Origin: Actinomycetota bacterium
GTDB lineage: Bacteria; Actinomycetota; UBA4738; HRBIN12
DNA: 60,199 nt
NCBI GenBank assembly: GCA_045805225.1
Contig: JBJMLQ010000003.1
Location: 1-60,199, forward strand
Reading direction: 5' to 3'
The notes under the pieces were generated by a model that made no database searches, had not been told where the DNA came from, and worked only from the letters and a program-made list of their open reading frames with translations. Shown piece after piece: positions 59,979 to 60,199 of this stretch (its first letter is position 1; every line of letters begins with the position of its first letter). The translations under genes and the position numbers were made by a program.

Positions 59979-60199
59979 GTGGAACCCTTGCAACCAACCC
60001 CGGGTCAATCCGCGCTCAGCGACCTCGGTGACGAGCTCGACCGCATCGCCGGCGCCGTCGCGGCCGGCAACCACGACCTGCGGGCGCTCGGGTTCTGGCG
60101 GGTCGTCGGCCGCATCAAGCGCGACCAGCTCGCGATCGCGCGTTACGCGGACGAGGTCGGGCGGATCGACACGCGTGTCTTCCGCTCAGCCGTCCGAAC
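59979..60199 (+). CDS. Hypothetical protein, 5' part only (runs off the window)
   Basis: GGAGGA lies 11 nt upstream of GTG 59979. The open frame to the window end reads ...SALSDLGDELDRIAGAVAAGNHDLRALGFWRVVGRIKRDQLAIARYADEVGRIDTRVF with protein-like composition. I recognised no family. Confidence 0.35.
   Translation, partial: MEPLQPTPGQSALSDLGDELDRIAGAVAAGNHDLRALGFWRVVGRIKRDQLAIARYADEVGRIDTRVFRSAVR

Overview
Very GC-rich, densely coding chromosomal segment with about 60 CDS packed end to end. I found no rRNA, tRNA, CRISPR array, transposase, integrase or prophage signature. The gene content points to an actinobacterium: a WhiB regulator, a PASTA Ser/Thr kinase, a mycothiol-type DinB/MDMPI enzyme, F420/LLM and DDN-like enzymes, KorAB, and an actinobacterial suf operon containing a Rieske ferredoxin. 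Modules in order are listed here. (1) sufB(partial)-sufD-Rieske-sufC-sufS-sufU, followed by DUF2207 and a CelD-like GNAT. (2) MDMPI, glycerate kinase and a HesB/IscA carrier. (3) metH. (4) A cNMP-binding protein, an aldo/keto reductase and korAB. (5) MIP channel, a catalytically dead cysteine-desulfurase homolog and a Gly-zipper peptide. (6) A tightly coupled cluster of REC-like protein, zinc-ribbon protein, mini-TM peptide and DDN-like protein. (7) Thiolase and a DnaQ-exonuclease/GIY-YIG fusion. (8) A minus-strand string ygfZ-whiB-hddA-gmhB-gmhA followed by a secreted protein with five Calx-beta repeats. (9) A long plus-strand operon: GT4, zinc-ribbon membrane protein, SRPBCC, ArsA-like ATPase, small Cys protein, ROK kinase, LLM oxidoreductase, 5-formyl-THF cyclo-ligase, DEDDh exonuclease, two GcvT-like proteins, and formimidoyltransferase plus cyclodeaminase, converging on fhs. 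(10) fdhD, then RDD coupled to a 9-residue-repeat protein, then tag. (11) A formate dehydrogenase locus with an in-frame TGA (selecysteine) plus a SECIS-like hairpin; its alpha subunit is split and its gene order permuted (catalytic part, NuoE/F fusion, Fe-S N-terminal part, mobA). (12) MBL hydrolase, carbamate kinase, PFK, threonine aldolase, a SUOX-like Mo enzyme, a secreted metallophosphoesterase and a PASTA kinase. The most notable items are the Sec-recoded, fissioned and permuted NAD-type FDH, the lysine-free desulfurase pseudoenzyme, the nonapeptide-repeat/RDD pair, the hddC-less heptose operon flanked by whiB and a Calx-beta surface protein, and the folate/C1 island. All calls rest on reading the translations and DNA by eye. 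No database search was run, and start codons are best guesses.
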